Virus record (IMG/VR): IMGVR_UViG_3300022693_000736
Location: 1 to 35,978 of that record
From: a virus
Reading direction: 5' to 3' (one strand)
DNA: 35,978 nt
The translations under genes and the position numbers were made by a program. Under the pieces are notes generated by a model. It worked only from the letters and a program-made list of their open reading frames with translations. It searched no databases and was not told where the DNA came from. Below are positions 33,766-35,978 of this stretch, one piece after another. Position 1 is the first letter of the stretch. Each line of letters begins with the position of its first letter.

Positions 33766-35978
33766 ATGCCATTAGTAGAAGATAAACAACAACAAGTTGC
33801 TTTTACCCGATTAATAGGTGAACCAGAACAGGAAACTGACGCTGATTTCACTGAATTATTAGGCGCCGCTTTGCGTACTGAAAATACAATTGGCTCTTTT
33901 ATTTCTATGAATAGTGGTTTGCCTGACTCAATAGTTAACAATGAAAGCTTTAATCCTTGGAATTTTATGACTGAAGATGAAAAGCTTGATACTCAATTTG
34001 TTGAAAATGCCACTTTAGCCGATAACGAACAAGAGCTTGAAGCAGTACGTGGCCAATCATTTAAAGAGCGTAAAGATCGTAAACTACTCGCTGATAATGG
34101 GGCTAATTCATTTTTTGCACAAATGGCCGCTGGCGTTATGGACCCGATCAATTTTATTCCTGTTGGCGGAACTGCATATAAAACTTATCGTGCAGGTTCA
34201 AGTATTTTAAAAGGTGCACTTGCAACTGCTACCGTGGCAAGTGGTACTCAAGCAGCTGTTGAAATGGGTTTGCACCATACGCAACTAGAAAGAACTTATG
34301 GCGAATCAGCAATGAATATCACCGCTGCCATGTTACTTGGTGGGATTATTGGTGCGGCTCCTGGTACGTTAAAATCAATTTTTTCTACGGATCCCGATAT
34401 CAATTTAAAAATTGATGATTCAATGAACCCTGAACCAAAACTTTCAAAAGGTGGCAATTCAATATTTACTGAAGCTGAAAACAAAAGTGTTGGTGCTGCT
34501 GCTGTCGATAGAGATATTCAGGTACAAGGCAAAATTGCAAGGGCATTAACTAAGGCTTTAGGATTTGATCCCCTATCACGTTCAATTACTTCTAATTTAC
34601 AAGCAACAAGAAATTTAGCGGTTGAACTGGTTGAAAATCCAATTGCCATGGAAAATAAATCAGGAACGTTTGTTGCTGACTCTGTTGAAACTGCCGCAAA
34701 AATTAAAGATGGTCGTTATTATGAGGCGTTAAATGGTCATTTAGAATCATTTAAAGCTTACCGAAAAGAAGGTGGCACTTTAAAAAGAAAACAATTTAAC
34801 GAATTAGTATCAAAAGAATTAAGAAACCCTGTAAACAGTGATCCAAACGTTAAACGTGCTGCTGATCAGTGGCGTTCTAAATTGTACGAACCATTGAAAA
34901 AGGAAATGATTGATACTGAGCTTTTGCCAAAGGATATTGAAGTTAGTACAGCTGCAAATTATTTAAATAGGGTTTGGAGTAAAGAAAAAATCCGAGCTAA
35001 TTTAGACAGCTTTGTTAATACCGTTTCTACGTGGTTAAAAGAAGCTGATGATGGTAAAAGCGGAGTTACAAATTTTGACCCATTAGCGCGTGAAATATCA
35101 ACACGTATTACTTCTACTCCTGATGGTCGTTTACCTTATGATTATCAAATAGGTGAAAATTCCTCAAAAGGTGCCGGTAAAACTGGTTTGCGTGGGCCAT
35201 TAAGAGAAAGATCTTTCAATATTCCTGATAATGTTATTGAAGATTTTCTTGAAAACGATGTTGAAATCTTAGGCGGTAGATATTTAAAAAGCCTTGCCGT
35301 TGATATTGAACTTGTAAAAAGATTTGATGATGTAAACATGACAAAGCAAATCAAAGAAATTTCTGAAGCGTGGGACGTAAAAATTCAAGAAGCATCAAAA
35401 ACAAATCCGAAACAGGCACGTAAATTGGCAAAAGAAAAAGATCGTGATATAGAAAGCATTGCGGCTATGCGCGATAGAATGCGCGGTATTTTTGGTGATG
35501 TTGATCCTGATAATTTTTGGGTGCGTTCTGGTCGTGTGGCCAGAGATTTAAATTACCTTAGGTTTATGGGTGGTGTAACCGCTTCTTCTATTCCTGATGT
35601 TGCTCGAATTGTTATGTCAAAAGGCATAGTTAGCACATTTAAAAACGGGTTAATACCATTAATTAAAAATAATAAAGCTTTTAAACTTAGTGCTGAAGAG
35701 GGTAAAAGATACGGTGTTGGCACTGACATTTTGCTTGGTGGCCGCGCTGAAATAATCGCCGATGTTGCTGATTATTCACAAGGTGGAACAGCTTTTGAAC
35801 GTGGTGTAAGAAGTGCCTCTTCTACATTCGGACTTATAAATTTAATGGATAGATGGACAGCAAGCGTTAAACAATTACATGCCGTTGTTGCACAAACTGA
35901 AATGGCAAATTTACTTACTAAAGGAAAGTTTGATAAAAGATTGCAGCAATTAGGGATTAGCGAATCCATTGGTAAAGA
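33766..35978 (+). CDS. N-terminal part of the large internal virion / DNA-ejection protein. It is open to the window end and continues at 1..841.
   Basis: Hand translation from the ATG at 33766 shows no stop codon up to 35978. The ORF is missing from the track because it has no stop within the window. It is in frame with 11..841 through the 144-bp overlap. Confidence 0.75.
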   Translation, partial: MPLVEDKQQQVAFTRLIGEPEQETDADFTELLGAALRTENTIGSFISMNSGLPDSIVNNESFNPWNFMTEDEKLDTQFVENATLADNEQELEAVRGQSFKERKDRKLLADNGANSFFAQMAAGVMDPINFIPVGGTAYKTYRAGSSILKGALATATVASGTQAAVEMGLHHTQLERTYGESAMNITAAMLLGGIIGAAPGTLKSIFSTDPDINLKIDDSMNPEPKLSKGGNSIFTEAENKSVGAAAVDRDIQVQGKIARALTKALGFDPLSRSITSNLQATRNLAVELVENPIAMENKSGTFVADSVETAAKIKDGRYYEALNGHLESFKAYRKEGGTLKRKQFNELVSKELRNPVNSDPNVKRAADQWRSKLYEPLKKEMIDTELLPKDIEVSTAANYLNRVWSKEKIRANLDSFVNTVSTWLKEADDGKSGVTNFDPLAREISTRITSTPDGRLPYDYQIGENSSKGAGKTGLRGPLRERSFNIPDNVIEDFLENDVEILGGRYLKSLAVDIELVKRFDDVNMTKQIKEISEAWDVKIQEASKTNPKQARKLAKEKDRDIESIAAMRDRMRGIFGDVDPDNFWVRSGRVARDLNYLRFMGGVTASSIPDVARIVMSKGIVSTFKNGLIPLIKNNKAFKLSAEEGKRYGVGTDILLGGRAEIIADVADYSQGGTAFERGVRSASSTFGLINLMDRWTASVKQLHAVVAQTEMANLLTKGKFDKRLQQLGISESIGK
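35835..35978. repeat. Terminal direct repeat, copy 2 (identical to 1..144).
   Basis: Direct comparison of the two window ends. Confidence 0.95.

Noticed and set aside
1-35978. tRNA genes, CRISPR arrays and transposon or IS ends.
   Set aside because: The intergenic gaps are all shorter than about 230 bp and were read by eye. No T-loop/acceptor pattern, spaced repeats or terminal inverted repeats were seen.

Overview
The window is one complete, AT-rich, tailed-phage genome of podovirus type. Bases 1..144 are identical to 35835..35978, so the unique length is 35,834 bp. One large virion-protein ORF (33766..35978, continuing in 1..841) reads in frame across that junction.

There are two transcription blocks. 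A leftward (minus-strand) early block spans 5333..11113. It encodes a Cro-like HTH protein, a replication initiator with an internal iteron and AT-rich putative origin, a Dam-type N6-adenine methyltransferase, NinB-like and NinG/Rap-like recombination proteins, many small ORFs, and a secreted lipoprotein with a glycerophosphodiesterase (GDPD) domain.

A rightward block runs from 11257 through the end of the window and on to 5326. It encodes:
- an ERF annealase and a YqaJ-type exonuclease fusion;
- a DUF2303-like protein;
- an M15 endolysin, a C5-methyltransferase-like protein and holin-like membrane proteins;
- an HNH-AP2 endonuclease and the small and large terminase subunits;
- a T7-type portal, scaffold and major capsid protein;
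- two proteins that share an N-terminal module;
- tail tubular proteins A and B and three internal virion proteins;
- a second, antisense HNH-AP2 endonuclease;
- a tail fibre with a C-terminal GDPD domain, followed by four accessory tail ORFs.

I recognised no RNA polymerase, DNA polymerase, integrase, tRNA or CRISPR array.

The most interesting observations are:
- the paired virion-borne and lipoprotein GDPD enzymes, a possible receptor-destroying and exclusion pair;
- the iteron origin inside the initiator gene;
- the duplicated N-terminal module between the capsid and tail genes;
- two 180-aa paralogous homing endonucleases;
- plus-oriented terminator hairpins sitting on stop codons of the leftward operon.

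All functional calls come from motif recognition by eye and need a profile search to confirm.
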